The notes under the pieces are model-generated. The model did not search any database and was not told where the DNA came from. It saw only the letters and a list, made by a program, of their open reading frames with translations. Shown here in pieces: positions 22,251-34,639 of a stretch of 64,000 nucleotides of DNA. Origin of the DNA: Leucoraja erinacea. Taxonomy: Eukaryota. Position 1 is the stretch's first letter. Each line of letters begins with the position of its first letter. A program made the position numbers and the translations under genes. The stretch is from the NCBI RefSeq assembly GCF_028641065.1, contig NC_073390.1, positions 18,414,001 to 18,478,000 of the forward strand, read 5' to 3'.

Positions 22251-23292
22251 GTCCCTCCTCATTGTTACATTTTTCACCTTCCTCTCACATTTTCCTTGTA
22301 TATCTTTACCTAAAACATCAGGAATTATACAGATATCATCAGTTACTTTGTTGAAAACCTGCAAGTTATTCACTAATGTTTTGCCACATTTCTCAAGGGA
22401 AGTGATAGTTTGTGGGAAGTTTACAAAATTGGAAGCAATAAACACAAGATCGCGGTGGAGGAACTTTTTCTGCATGATTTCACTGACTATCCTGACTGCA
22501 GCAGATTCTTCCTCAAAACAGTTGACGAATTATTTTATGTTTTCGAAATTTGCAGCAAAGTAGAGTACAGCAGAGAGCCATGTATCCCACCTAGTCAAAA
22601 CGGGCTGAGGAGATAGCGGAATCTCAGGTGCCATTTCCTTGAACATGCTTTGAGGAAGATTTTCTTGACATTGGAAACTAGGCGATCAACATTTGGAAAC
22701 AATCTATGTATGTGCTTGACAATTCGATGAAGTTCTTGAGCTGAGCATGTCAAATGCAACATTTTGGGGGAATAAAACTTTAAGAGCACGAGCAGCTTTT
22801 TTTAATGTTCGGAGCTGCATCAGTCACAAACAGAAGAACATTCTCGTGTTTTATATCTTTTGGCCAAAGATCAGCAAGTGAAGATGTAAACAACTGAGTA
22901 ATAGTTGAGCTGTTTGACTTCTCCAATACTTCCAATGTCAACAAATAGTCCTTTGATGGTTGACCTTCCTACAGTGAACCAATGACCACATTGGCAACAT
23001 ATCTCCTCACAACATCGGTTGTTTCATCTATTGAGATCCATATTATTTTGCATGCAACTTCAACTCTAATTTTCTGCACAACAATGTTGAAGTTGATGTC
23101 ACTATAATTTTTCCGTAATTATGACTCGCTTAGTATATGTTCCTCTGTGTATTTCTCTAAAAAAAACTCTGGAGAGATTTGTTTTCCAATTTCCAAATGG
23201 AATTCCAGCATCAATGAATGTCTTGCACAGACCACTCGAAAACTCAGATTTGCGACTGGAGCCAGCAGTAAATGTAGTGAGGAGACAAGCTT

Positions 23293-23610
23293 GGGTATTT
23301 CGCTTGTGTAGTCTACACCCCAGCAATATCAACATTGACTTCTCTAATTTTAGATAGCCCTTGTCTTCTCCCTCGTCCCCCTCACCCTTTCCAGCTCTCC
23401 TTCTAGTCCTACTGTCTCTGCCTCTTTTTTTCTACCTGTCTCTACCTTTCTTTTTCCCAACTCCGCCCCCCACATCAGTCTGAAGAAGGGTCTCGACCAG
23501 ACACGTCGCCTATTCCTTCTCTCCATAGATGCTGCCTCACCTGCTGAGTTTCTCCAGCATTTTTTGTCTACCTATGATTTTTCCAGCATCTGCAGTTCTT
23601 TCGTAAATAA
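23293..23610 (+). mobile_element. Penelope 3' end with hammerhead-like motif (23480-23507), nested in the hAT fossil
   Basis: FRLCSLHPSNINIDFSNFR*, a pyrimidine tract, then cagtctgaagaagggtctcgaccagacacgtcgcc...gatgctgcc...ccagcatctgcagttc. Confidence 0.85.
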
Positions 23611-23619
23611 ATCTTGGAG

Positions 23620-24200
23620 AAGGCTGAACCAGCGGGCAGCGGCATGAACGAATGAATGACCGACGGTGGCGCCCCCGGTTTCGCCCCGGTGGTGGAAATT
23701 TTCTTGTAAGTTATACTATGTTAACACGTTAATAATAACATTAATATTAATACGATAACATGGAAAATGTCATTGAATTGGCGGCGGCAGCGACCCGACT
23801 TCGGAGGTTCAGCCGCGAACCCAGTAGACGACATCGTCGGGAGCTTGCAGGTCATAGGTTGGTGACAGCTTCTTCCGCTGAACTGGAGGGCGGGAGCTTC
23901 AACCACCCCGGGCCGCGGAGATTGAACCGGCCCGTTCGCGAAGCACGGTTGAGCCGCGGGACTAAAGCACCATCACCCGGTGGGGTTCACAACATCGGAG
24001 GCCTGGATCACCTCAGCGCAGAGGGAGAACAAGGAGGGAAGAGACAAAGACTTATGACTTTTGTCTTCCAAAAAAACAGTGAGGAGGTGTCTGGTGAACT
24101 CACTGTGGTGGATATTAAATTTGTGTTTATTGTGTGTTTTGTTACTTTATTATATGTATGACTGCGAGGCAACAAAATTTTGTTCAGATGACAATAACGG
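23620..24200 (+). mobile_element. CpG-rich non-coding retroposon-like element, related to 42125-42968
   Basis: Shares gggagaacaa...acttt..cttcca...cagtga.ga...ctgtggtggat.tt...tttattgtgt with 42780-42875 and ends in a tgacaataa LINE-like tail. Confidence 0.5.
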
Positions 24201-24664
24201 TTCCAAGATCCAAGAAATCACGGTACAACTAGAGAAAATAACACAACCTTTGAGCAAAATGGCAAAAAAAGGCTGATTTTGGCAATCGATCGTGAAAAAG
24301 GCATTATCCTGGTGAAATCATCAAAAAAGGCATGAAAAGGCACATGGCATTTATGGCAAAATCCTGGCTCTAGTTATCTGCCATACATTTCCTCCTTAAT
24401 TATAACTACCTATTTCTTGCTAGATCTTACCACACCCCCTCTCCCCATCGCTTTCTAGTGGCCACTCTTCCTCCACTCTTTCAGTCATGACCTGAAACGT
24501 CGACTCATTTCACTCCACAGATGCTGCCTGACCCCATCGAGTTCCTCCAGGGAAGAGTGGCCTACCCATGCTCGTATTTTCTTGTGTTTTCTTGTGAATT
24601 AAATAACCAACTATGTCTGAATATATCAGTGGATGTTTCAAGAGAAGCATCAACATGGACACCA

Positions 24665-24950
24665 GGGGTGGCACAGTGGCGCAGCGGTAGAGTTGCTGCC
24701 TTACAGCGCCAGAGACATGGGTTCGATTCTGACAACAGCTGCTGTTTGTACGGTGTTTGTATCTTCTCACTGTGACTGCGTGCATTTTCTCTGGGCTCAC
24801 ATTTCCTCCCGCAATCCAAAGATGTGCAGGTTTGTAGGTTAATTGGCTTTGGTGAAATTGTGAATTGTCCCTAGTGTGTAGGATAGAGCCAGTGTATGGG
24901 GTGATCACTGGGTCAGAGCGGACTCGGTGGAACAAAGTCTAAAGTCTGAA
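24665..24950 (+). mobile_element. V-SINE, full length
   Basis: ggggtggcacagtggcgcagcggtagagttgctgccttacagcgccagaga...ggttcgattc; aagtctaaagtct tail. Confidence 0.85.
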
Positions 24951-24966
24951 GAAACATGTTTGTTCA

Positions 24967-25615
24967 TTACAGCAGGCAGTGAAGAAAGCGAATGGCATGT
25001 TTGCCTTCATAACAAGGGGAGTTCAGTATAGGAGCAAAGAGGTCCTTCTGCAGTTGTACAGGACCTTGGTGAGAGTTTTGGTCTCCAAATTTGAGGAAGG
25101 ACATTCTTGCTATTGAGGGAGTACAGAATAGGTTCATGAGGTTTATTCCCGGGGTGACGGGACTGTCATATGTTGATAGAATGGAGCGGCTGGACTTGTA
25201 TACTCTGGAATTTAGAAGAATGAGGGGGGATCTTATTGAAACATATAAGATTATTAAGGGGTTTGGACACGCTAGAGGCAAGAAAGGTGTTCCTGATGTT
25301 GGGGAGTCCAGAACCAGGGGCCACAGTTTAAGAATAAGGGTTAAGCCATTTAGAACAGAAATGAAGAAAAACTTTTTCACACAGAGGGTTGTGAATCTAT
25401 GGAATTCTCTGCCTTAGAAGGCAGTGGAGGCCAATTTGCTTGATGCTTTCAAGAGAGAGTTAGATCGAGCTCTTAAAGATAGCGGAGTCAGGGGATATGG
25501 CAAGAAGGCAGGAACGGGTTACAGATTGTGGATGATCAGCCATAATCATATTTAATGGCAGTGCTGGCTCGAAGGGCCGAATGGCCTACTCCCAGACATA
25601 TTGTCTATTTTCTAT
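24967..25615 (+). mobile_element. CR1 LINE 3' fragment
   Basis: QQAVKKANGM...RKDILAIEGVQ...RRMRGDLIETYKI...FFTQRVVNLWNSLP and a (TATTGTC) tail. Confidence 0.9.
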
Positions 25616-26065
25616 TTTTAATTAGTCTCAAATTCCACCTGAATTATACAGGCAGGCAGAACTTAATTTAGGATCTCTCCAGAAAATGAATCAGTGGTTG
25701 CTCAGAATGTTATTGCATGGATGAACATCGAAAACAAATCATCATTCAGTGACTCATGTTGGCAGTTGCTCTTTTTTGTATTCTGATGTAACCTGCAAAT
25801 TCAATATCAATTTTATTAATAAAAAGGTGACAATGATTAAGTACTTTAAGTCTTGCTGGGAAGATTTCTTGTACAATTTCAATATAAGCAAACCTAATTT
25901 AATTAAAGCTGCACTAGATTAAAAGGAAGTAATATTTCAGTCGGCATGCTTTTAAAATTGAATGTTAAAAATTTTTGTTTAGCCACAAGGAACCTCAGAA
26001 GCTGGTTTTCACAAAGTGCGGGAGTAACTCAGTGGGACAGGCAGCATCTCTGGAGAATATGGATA

Positions 26066-26100
26066 GGTGACGTTTCGGGTCGGGACTCTTCTTCAGTCTG
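26066..26100 (-). ncRNA. Minimal hammerhead ribozyme motif in a Penelope-derived short element (~25985-26150)
   Basis: Minus strand reads caga-CTGAAGA-A-GAGTC(CC)GACCC-GAAAC-GTC-acc; core and GUC cleavage triplet intact, one mismatch in stem II. Confidence 0.6.
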
Positions 26101-26154
26101 ATTGTAGTAGGAGGGAGAAAGCTGGAAGATGGGACTGGTGGTAAAATCACATTA

Positions 26155-26440
26155 CATAGAAACATAGAAAATAGGTGCAGGAGGAGGCCATTTGGCCCTT
26201 CGAACAAGCACCATCATTCATTGTGATCACGGCTGATCATCCACAATCAGTAACCCGTGCCTGCCTTCTCCCCATATCCCTTGATTCCGCTAGCCCCTAG
26301 AGTTCTATCCAACTCTCTCTAAAATTAATCCAATGAATTGGCCTATACTGCCTTCTGTGGCAGAGAATTCCACAAATTCACAACTCTCTGGGTGAAAACC
26401 AGAGTTTTTTCTCATCTCAGTTTTAAATGGCCTCCCCTTT
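26155..26440 (-). mobile_element. CR1 LINE 3' fragment
   Basis: catagaaacatagaaaataggtgcagg tail and the reverse complement of the CR1 3' end. Confidence 0.85.
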
Positions 26441-27295
26441 AGCTCTACCAGCTGTACCACCGTGCTGCCTATTTTTACCCATTCAAAAAAGTCAGGTACA
26501 AGAACATGCTTTGAGATGTCATGTTTAGTGTTTTGCTGATGCTCTGTTAGGTACGGATGAACTGAAGTTCAAATTTGGTTCACAACAAGATTCATACAGT
26601 TCTTTCCCAATACCTTGCTTTGGCATTGACTTTATATTCCTCTGCCACTCGTTCAATTGGAAATCTGCCTCTTGCCTTCTTCACGCTTCAAAAAGTCCAT
26701 GATCACCAGATTAGCAAACAGAGTCTGGAAATAAAACCTGAAGTGAGATATAGTAATTCTTTAAATGATGCTGAATTAAATATAACTGTAATCACTGGAA
26801 CTGTTATCCACAGTAAACCTACCTACTCTTTCCTACAGATTAAAAAAAGCTGTTAAGTTGGCAATTAGGAACTGTAAAGAATCATTATCAACACCGATAA
26901 CTCATTCTGTCATCCCAGGTCATTATAAAGAGAGGTGTGGTGGAATTTTTTTTTTTAAACTACCAAGTCATTAACAAGAATTAGAGAGTACTGCAAATGC
27001 TTGAAACCTGTAACTTAAACATTTCATTTTGTAAAACTTGTAGCAAGCCTTGAATATTGCTTGGGGAGAGAACATGTTAATATCTCAGCACTACATATGA
27101 CTAACCAAGAGATCTGTAGAGAACAAATCCTGGTATTCACAGAGTCATAGAGTCATACAGCGTGGAAACAGGCCCTTCGGCCCAACCTGCCCATGCAGAC
27201 CTTCATGCCCTATATGTAGCAGTCCTACCTGGCGTTTGGCCCATATCCTTCTAAATCTATGCTACCCATGTACCTGTCCAAATGTTTTTTAAAGA

Positions 27296-27390
27296 TAGAT
27301 AAAACTTCTGGAGAAACTTAGTGGGTGAGGCAGCATCTATGGAGCGAAGGAAATAGGCAACATTTCGGGTCGAGACCCTTCTTCAGACTC
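27296..27390 (-). mobile_element. Penelope-derived short element with hammerhead core (preceded by a CR1 3' fragment at ~27140-27295)
   Basis: Minus strand reads gagt-CTGAAGA-A-GGGTC(TC)GACCC-GAAAT-GTT-gcc. Confidence 0.8.
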
Positions 27391-27699
27391 ATCATATATT
27401 CATATATAACTATTAAAGCTCCTTTTGTTAGTTTTGTTTCGCTTTCACATCTCGTCCAAAACCCGACGCGGTAACGGAGACATTTTTACATATTCCGATA
27501 GAGATTTACGTCATGATTTCAAAATTCCCCTCATCTGGAAAGTTTTTTTACTAAAGTTGTTTCAAAATCAAAGAAAGTGTTTTAAAATCAGACCGAGCTG
27601 ATGATGTCCCAATGCCTTTGCTCGTGGCCCACCTGCAAGTTCTGCAGATCTCTAGGTCCCCGCTGCTACCTGTTCCGGGTTTCCAGAGAGTCGGGTCCC

Positions 27700-28679
27700 G
27701 TCCTCTCTCTCTCTCTCCGTTTTTCACAGCCCATTCACTCGCCCGGCTCCCCTCTACCACTCCCCCCCTCCTCTGCTCACCCCCTCCACTCTCCTCCCTC
27801 CCCCTCTCTCCCCTCTCCTCTCTACCCCCTCCTCTCTACCCCCCTTCTCTCTCTCCCCCCTCTCTCTCCTCTACTCTCTCTCCCCCCCTCCCTCCCTCCC
27901 TCCCCTCCCCCCCCCCTCCCCTCCCCTCTCCTCTCGCCCACTTCTAAACCCCTCTCTTCTTCTCGCTCTCCCCCATCTACCCCCCCCCTTCCCTCTACAC
28001 CCCTCAACACCCCCCACCCCCCCCTACCCCCCCCTCTACCTCCCCACTCCACTCCACCCCCTTCTCGCCCCTCCTCCTTCTCCCCCCCCTCCTCTCCCCC
28101 CCCTCCCCTCCTCCCCTCCACCCCTCTCCCCCTCCCCCTCCCCTCTCTCATCTTTTCTCCCCTTCTCCCCCTCCGCTCTCCTCTCCCCTCTCCCCCTCTC
28201 CCCCCCCCTCCCCCCCTCTCCTCTCTCCTCCCCTGTTCCTTCCCCCCCCCCCCTCTACTTTCTCTCCCCCTCCCCCTCCCTTTCCCCCCCCCCTACCCCC
28301 TCTACCTCCCTCACCCACCTCCTCTCTCTCCCTCCCCCTGCCACCCTCTGCCCCTGCTCCCCACTGCCCTCCCCCACCCTCCCCCCCCTCCTCCCCAAAC
28401 CCCTCCTCCCCACCCTCTCCTCCAACCCCCCCTCTCCTCTCCCCCACCCCCTCCCCCTTCCCCCCCCCCCTCTGCACCCTCCTCTCTACCCCCCCCCCCC
28501 CCCTCCCCCTCCTCCCCCTCCCTCCCTCACCCCTCTCCCCCTCCCCTCTACCCCCCCTTTACTCCCGTCTCTCCCCCTCCTCTCTCCCCACTCCTCTCTC
28601 CCGTCTACTCTACCTCCAGCCTCTACCCTCATCCATCTGTCCATCTGTCCATCTGTTCGCCCGTCCATCCATTCGTCCG

Positions 28680-28680
<1 letters not shown>
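27700..28680. repeat. ~1-kb C/T-rich low-complexity polypyrimidine tract
   Basis: Almost exclusively C and T on the + strand, so G-rich on the minus strand. Confidence 0.95.

Positions 28681-28768
<88 letters not shown>
28681..28768. repeat. (CTAT)22 microsatellite
   Basis: Perfect tetranucleotide tandem repeat. Confidence 0.97.
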
Positions 28769-29768
28769 AACTAAAACTCTGACCTTGTGTTCGTCTGGTT
28801 TGCGCGGTTTTACTATTTGCGCAAAAACGGTACGTGATATCGCTATGATTTATTGCCAACTCACTCGCCGTTCTCCTGTGCTGCGAGTGCAAAATCTTTC
28901 GTTCCGATCGGTGGTATATTGTAAAAGTTAGCGAGGTTTAAAAATCTTAAAAACTACGCGTGCGCAGATCGATCTTCTCTCCTGCCAATCAGCGCCGCGC
29001 AGATTGGTCTCTTCTCCTGTCACTCCCAGGGACAGTCCGTCCCTTCCTGCACCATCGTGTCTTTCCTGGAGCTGAGGATGGCCGGCGGAGGTCTCCAACT
29101 GGACACAATTTTCAGAGGGACCGGAAGCGGTGCGGAGTCGGAGATGTCGCCAAATGGAAAGCGGAGACTCTGATCCCAGCAGAGGAGAACGACCAGTGAC
29201 CTGCGCCCGTTGTGAGTTTCCATCACATCACCAACGGGTGAGTGGTGGAATATTGTGTTGGGGAATGGGTTGTGTTGGGGGACCAGGCCTCCCGTGTGAC
29301 TAGGACCCAATGGGTCCTACTTTGTCTAGTTGTAAATTAAAATAGAGCAACCCTGCTTAGATGATGAAGCTCACAGTGCAACTGTTACAACCCCATGATA
29401 ACAAAGGGAATCAACTTTCTTCTGTAAGGATTGAAGGGATTTGCATCATGTGCAGGCAGTTGAGATTAGTTCAAATTGGGATCACGTTCGGCACAAATAT
29501 TGTGGGTCGAAGGGCCTATTCCAAAGTTGTACTGTTCTATGTTCAATGTTCTGATCCAAACCTGTCATTCCTTGCTCACTATAAGCTTAGTAAAGCATAG
29601 TAAAGCTTAGTAAAATTGGCACCAATCATTGGCAGGACCTTATCTGAGCATTTATACCTTTGGCAGTCTATAAGGCAAGCTTCTAACTAGACGTGTATTC
29701 CAAACAAGGATACTTTAATCAACATTGCACATGGCTGCTATTTTCAATTGAATTCAACAATTTACTGA

Positions 29769-30057
29769 AGGGCAGCACAGTGGTGCAGTGGTAAAATTGC
29801 TGCCTTACTGCATAGATCCTGCATACGGGTGCTGTCCTTACGGAGTTGCGCATTCTCCCTGTGATCGCGTGGGTTTCCGGGTGCTCCGGTTTCCTCCCAC
29901 TATCAGAAGACATGCAAGTATGTAGTTTAATTTGCCTCTGTAAATTGCCCTAGTGTGTAGGATAGAAATAGTGCAGGGGTGATTGATGGTCAGCGTGGAC
30001 TCTGGGGGCCAAAGGGCCTGTTTCTATGCTGTATCTCTTAAACTAAAACTAAAACTA
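29769..30057 (+). mobile_element. V-SINE
   Basis: gggcagcacagtggtgcagtggta head, gggtttccgggtgctccggtttcctcccac V-domain, (CTAAAA)n tail. Confidence 0.85.
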
Positions 30058-31436
30058 TATCAAAACGTCTAAAGTAATCTAAAATGTGTGACTTCCTAAA
30101 ACAAAACTGTCTCACTGAAAATCGTAGCCATAATGGCTGGCTTATCAACAATGTGTAATTACCATGCACGGTGCGTGTCCACTGTCTGCTGTGTGGGTAA
30201 AGTCATTTCTCTTGAACGCTGTTTATCCATATCACCTATTACAACAATCTTTCATGCCTGTAACAAGGGAAGACAATAGGAAGGCTGGAGAACTATGCAG
30301 ATGTCAGAACAGAAGGATTTCCAATTACCACAGATACCATCTAACTAGACTAGGAGAACTGTCACCCTATAAGCCATTACTCCTCCAGCTTTTGTTCTTG
30401 TGTTGTCAGGATCCTGGAGTTTTTTTTTATTCTCTTGAGCTCCAGGAAATTTCTACAAGAATCCCTTTCTTCAGCCGAATTCCTTCCCAAATTTCTTAAA
30501 TGGATTCCTTCCCGTGTCCCGTGGTAACCGTCTCCTTTCAGGAGCTCAGCCCACTCTTATAGAAGCAAAGGCCTTCGTTCCAGATTGTCAGCTCAGTGTG
30601 TTAAATGTCCGAGGCACTGAAGAGCAATAATCATGGTGTCAAGATGTCAGTCAGTCATGGATTCTTTGCACACTTAAGCTTTTTAACTGATTTCGGTGCG
30701 AATAAACCATCTTTGCCAATAACGTCTTGTACGGACCCCTGTAGCCATGGCATTCAAATTTCATTTGTGTCCAAATGCAGAACCATTTCAAAGATAACAA
30801 GTTCTACTTGTGGAAATGCTTATTGAATAATTGTAAACTAAATACAACATTCAATTAAGACCCAAAGGACAGTGATGGTAGAAGCTAAACAAATGCTCAT
30901 ATTTGTTTTAGCTGCACAACCAAACTACATCCCAAAATATCAACAGCAAGCTGTTTAAAGTCAAATTTTATCTAGCTCAGCAGAAATGTACTGGAAGAGA
31001 AAATTGATAGTTCTTTAAGATAATTTGTTTTTAAAGACTGAAGATGTATTCCTTCTTTAATAAACAGGCTGATTAAAGGGACACTATATTCAGAAGAAAA
31101 CATTTGCTATCCCTTTCATGCTTGTTTGTGATGAGTGCAATTCACCTCTTCCACATTTCACAAACCCGGAGAACATATTTCTTGACCGCTGCCGTTCCCA
31201 CATAACTATTCGATATAATTAAACAAAATTCTTCCCTGAGCTTTTAATCGTGGCGTTTAGTTTAAATGAATTGGTTCCTTGCAGATTGGCTCCAAGCAAA
31301 TAGTGTTTATAGACCTGTTACACTGCTGCAAGTACGAATATCATTGTTCTGTATTCAGTACGAATGACAATTAAACACTCTTGACTTTTGACATGGATTA
31401 ACAGATTAGCCAACAAATATAATGCAAACAGATTCT

Positions 31437-32890
31437 GTTGGCACAATGGCGTAGCAGTAGAGTTGCTGCCTTACAGCGCCAGAGATCCGGGATCGGTACA
31501 GAGTTTGTACGTTATTCCTGTGACCACGTGGGTTTTATCTAGGTGCTCTGGTTTCCATCAACACTCCAAAGATGTACAGGTTTGTAGGTTAATTGGCTTT
31601 GGTAAAATTGTAAATTGTCGCTAGTGCATTGGATAGTTCTAATTTTGCCCACATAGGAGATAAGTGGGCAAAATTAGAGCACATGATATTGGGGGTTGGA
31701 GGTACTGACATGGATAGAAAATTGGTTGGTAGACAGGAAACAAAGAGTAGGAATTAACGGGTCCCTTTCAGAATGGCAGGCAGTAACTAGTGGGGTACCA
31801 CAAGGCTCGGTGCTGGGACCGCAGCTATTCACAATATACATCAATGATTTAGAAGTAACATTAGCACATTTTCAGATGACACAAATGTGAACTGTGAGGA
31901 GCATGCTATGAGGATGCAAGGTGACTTGGACAGGTTGGGTGAGTGGGCAGATGCATGGCAGATGCAGTTTAATGTGGATAAATGTGAGGTTATCCACTTT
32001 GGTGGCAAAAACAGGAAGGCAGATTATTATCTGAATGGCGTCAAGTTGGGAAAAGGGGAAGTACAAAGAGATCTGGGGGTCCTTGTTCATCAATCACTGA
32101 AAGTAAGCATGCAGGTACAGCAGGCAGTGAAGAAAGTGAATGGCATGTTGGCTTTCATAACAAGAGGAATTGAGTATAGGAGCAAAGAGGTCCTTCTGCA
32201 AAGAGGACCCTAGTGAGACCACATCTAGAGTATTGTGTGCAGTTTTGGTCTCCAAATTTGATAAAGGACATTCTTGCTATTAAGGGAGTGCAGTGTAGGT
32301 TCATAACGTTAATTCCTGGGATGGTGGGACTGTCATATGTTGATTGAATGGAGAAACTGGGGTTGTATACTCTGGAATTTAGAAGGATGAGAGGGGATCT
32401 TATTGAAACATATAAGATTATTAATGGATTGGACACGCTAGAGGCAGGAAACATGTTCTCGATGTTGGGGGAGTCCAAAACCAGGGGCCACAGTTTAAGA
32501 ATAAGGGGTAGGCCATTTAGAATGGAGATGAGGAAAACCTTTTTCACCCAGAGAGTTGTGAATCTGTGGAATTCTCTGCCTCAGAAGGCAGTGGAGGCCA
32601 ATTCTCTGGATGCTTTCAAGAGAAAGTTAGAGCTCTTAAAGATAGCAGAGTCAGAGGATAAGGTAAGAAGGTTCGAAGGCAGGAACGAGGTACTGATTGT
32701 GGATGATCAGCCATGATCACAGTGAATGATCAGCCATGATCACAGGGAGGCTCAAAGGGCTGATTGGCCTACTCCTGCACCTATTGTCTATTGTCTATAG
32801 TCTAATGTACAGGGTGATCACTGGTCAGTGTGGACTTGGTGGACCAAAGGGCCTGTTTCCGTTATGTATCTCTCAAGTCTTAAGTCCAAA
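31437..32890 (+). mobile_element. V-SINE split by a CR1 insertion (SINE parts at ~31437-31642 and ~32800-32890)
   Basis: The SINE stops at ggatagttctaat and resumes at atagtctaatgtacagggtgatcactgg. Confidence 0.75.
31643..32800 (+). mobile_element. CR1 LINE 3' ~1.15 kb
   Basis: [54 protein letters not shown]; (CTATTGT)n tail. Confidence 0.92.
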
Positions 32891-33581
32891 GTCAATGCAG
32901 CCGGTGGTAGCTGGCAGGTTTTGTCAAAGACAGGTTTTGAATTGAAGCACATACATTGTGTGGGACTGTACTAGTCAGCTGACATTATCAAGTTGAATTT
33001 TATTTTGTAAGTTTTGTTTATTCTGCTCTTTAGATTGGCTGAGTTGTTGTGTAAAACATAACCAAATTGGAAATAAAAGAAAGCTGAAAAAATAACATTT
33101 TGCTCTTCACCAATATGGGTTTTTTTGTTATAAGAGTATTAAGCTTATTTGTGTTGGCTATTTGAGATACCACAGAATGTGGTAGCACTATGTCTATGGT
33201 TTGGCAACATTGGTGACATTAATCTGAGACCTGTTCTACAACATTATTGACCACAAGGGAACACAGACCAGTTTATGTATCAAAGATCTGGTGGCGGGCT
33301 CTGTTTATGTTGTATTTGAATCCTACTTGCAATATGTTCAACAGGAAAATGTGGAATTATACAAACATTAGTTATGTGAACTGGAGAAAATTGAAAATGT
33401 CAAAGCTTTTCAAGGTTCTTAGACCATATGACGATAAGACCTAGGAGGAGAATTAGTCTGTTTGGCCCACCATGTCCACTCTGCCATTCATTCATGCTTG
33501 ATCTATTTTTCCCTCTCTACCAATTCTCCTACCTTCTCCTGATACCATTTGATGCCCTTACTAATCAAGACCTATCAATCG

Positions 33582-33685
33582 GTAGGTACACAAAAATGCT
33601 GGAGAAACTTAGCGGGTGCAGCAGCATCTATGGAGGAAAGGAAATAGGCAACGTTTCGGGCCAAAACCCTTCTTCAGACTTCTTA
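33582..33685 (-). mobile_element. Penelope-derived short element inserted in a CR1 3' fragment (~33420-33830)
   Basis: Minus strand reads agt-CTGAAGA-A-GGGT(TTTG)GCCC-GAAAC-GTT-gcc. Confidence 0.8.
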
Positions 33686-33910
33686 AAGACATATTAATCT
33701 CTGCTTTAAAAATCCCCAATGACATCCTCCACAGCTATCAGTGGCAATGATTTCCACGGATTCACCACCCTCTGGCTAAAGAAATTCCTTCTGATCTCTA
33801 AAGGTACATCATTTTATTCTGAGGCTGTCAGCCCAATTTGCACACGCCCACCAGCATGTCCCATCTACACGTCCCGCTTGCCTGTGTTTGGCCCATATCC
33901 CTCTAAACCT

Positions 33911-34301
33911 TCTTAGGCCCCCTTCGGTCATGGCTGACCATGGGTGTCTCCCGAGTTGGAGGACTCCTGTGCGTGACTTTGTTTTATGTGGGGAGACTGG
34001 TGCACAAACAGCCACCACACGGTCCTTGACGGATCTGGGTCAGGATCCATTGGCATGGAGTCCAAGACGACCGGAGACCCTTCATCCGCTTTCCCAGCCA
34101 TTGTAACGCTCCACTAAGGACAGCCATCATCATGTTCCACCATTGAGGTCTTGGTTGCATTGCTCTTTGTCAGAGTCCTCCCCCTGACCTTACCGCCATG
34201 GGTTGCCCTACCAGAAGCATAGCTCCAGACGGCATCGATCTCAGGATCTCAGACCCATACAAGCTTCTACACCACGACAAGGTGACAATCCACGGAGAAG
34301 T
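33911..34301 (-). mobile_element. Short non-autonomous RTE derivative (5' UTR fused to 3' end) with 11-bp TSD
   Basis: TSD cctctaaacct at 33900-33910 and 34302-34312; minus strand starts cttctccgtggattgtcaccttgtcgtgg...gagctatgc (RTE-type 5' UTR) and ends ccatggtcagccatgaccgaagg. Confidence 0.7.
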
Positions 34302-34639
34302 CCTCTAAACCTATCCTATCATATACCTGTCTAAATGTTGCTGAAATGTTGCTGCCTTACCTGCCTTAACTATCTCTCCATAGTTTAACCATCTGAACTA
34401 AACTCACATACAGCTCTGGGTTATAAACTCTGCACACATGCACATTCACAATCTCACTGATTTCTGCATACCCAGTCGCAACAGCTCAAACCTAGGCAAT
34501 ATAAGAAGTATATATGGTGGACTACTGTAGAAGTAACTGTAGAATTGTATTTCTCCAAAAATCTTATGCCCAGTACATCCAATACCAGAACAATACAGAA
34601 ACAACCCTAGTTCAACTATCTGGGGTAGTACCAAGAATC

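Larger units (their letters stand above)
22255..24372 (-). mobile_element. hAT-superfamily (CGGBP1-like) DNA transposon fossil: transposase pseudogene at ~22255-23290 and 5' terminus at 24372, interrupted by two later insertions
   Basis: Minus-strand peptides FIDAGIPF, IWISIDETTDV..RYVANVVIG, VLLFVTDAAPN, KMLHLTCSAQELHRI, PQPVLTRWDTWL; the terminus reads TAGAGCCAGGATTTTGCCATAAATGCC on the minus strand. Confidence 0.8.
27400..29329 (+). mobile_element. Non-autonomous Helitron, possibly composite with two 5' heads (~27400 and ~28764)
   Basis: 3' hairpin TAGGACCCA-A-TGGGTCCTA (29301-29319), then CTAG (29326-29329) followed by T; 5' TC-started heads tcatatataactattaaagc and tctataactaaaactc; no TSD. 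Confidence 0.7.

Noticed and set aside
24665-24745. tRNA gene (also other SINE heads with A/B boxes)
   Set aside because: The tRNA-like heads continue directly into V-domain SINE bodies and do not form a complete cloverleaf.
27601-28770. 389-aa Pro/Ser/Leu-rich ORF, plus Gly/Arg/Glu-rich antisense ORFs
   Set aside because: It is simply the translation of the C/T low-complexity tract and the (CTAT)n microsatellite, with no domain signal.
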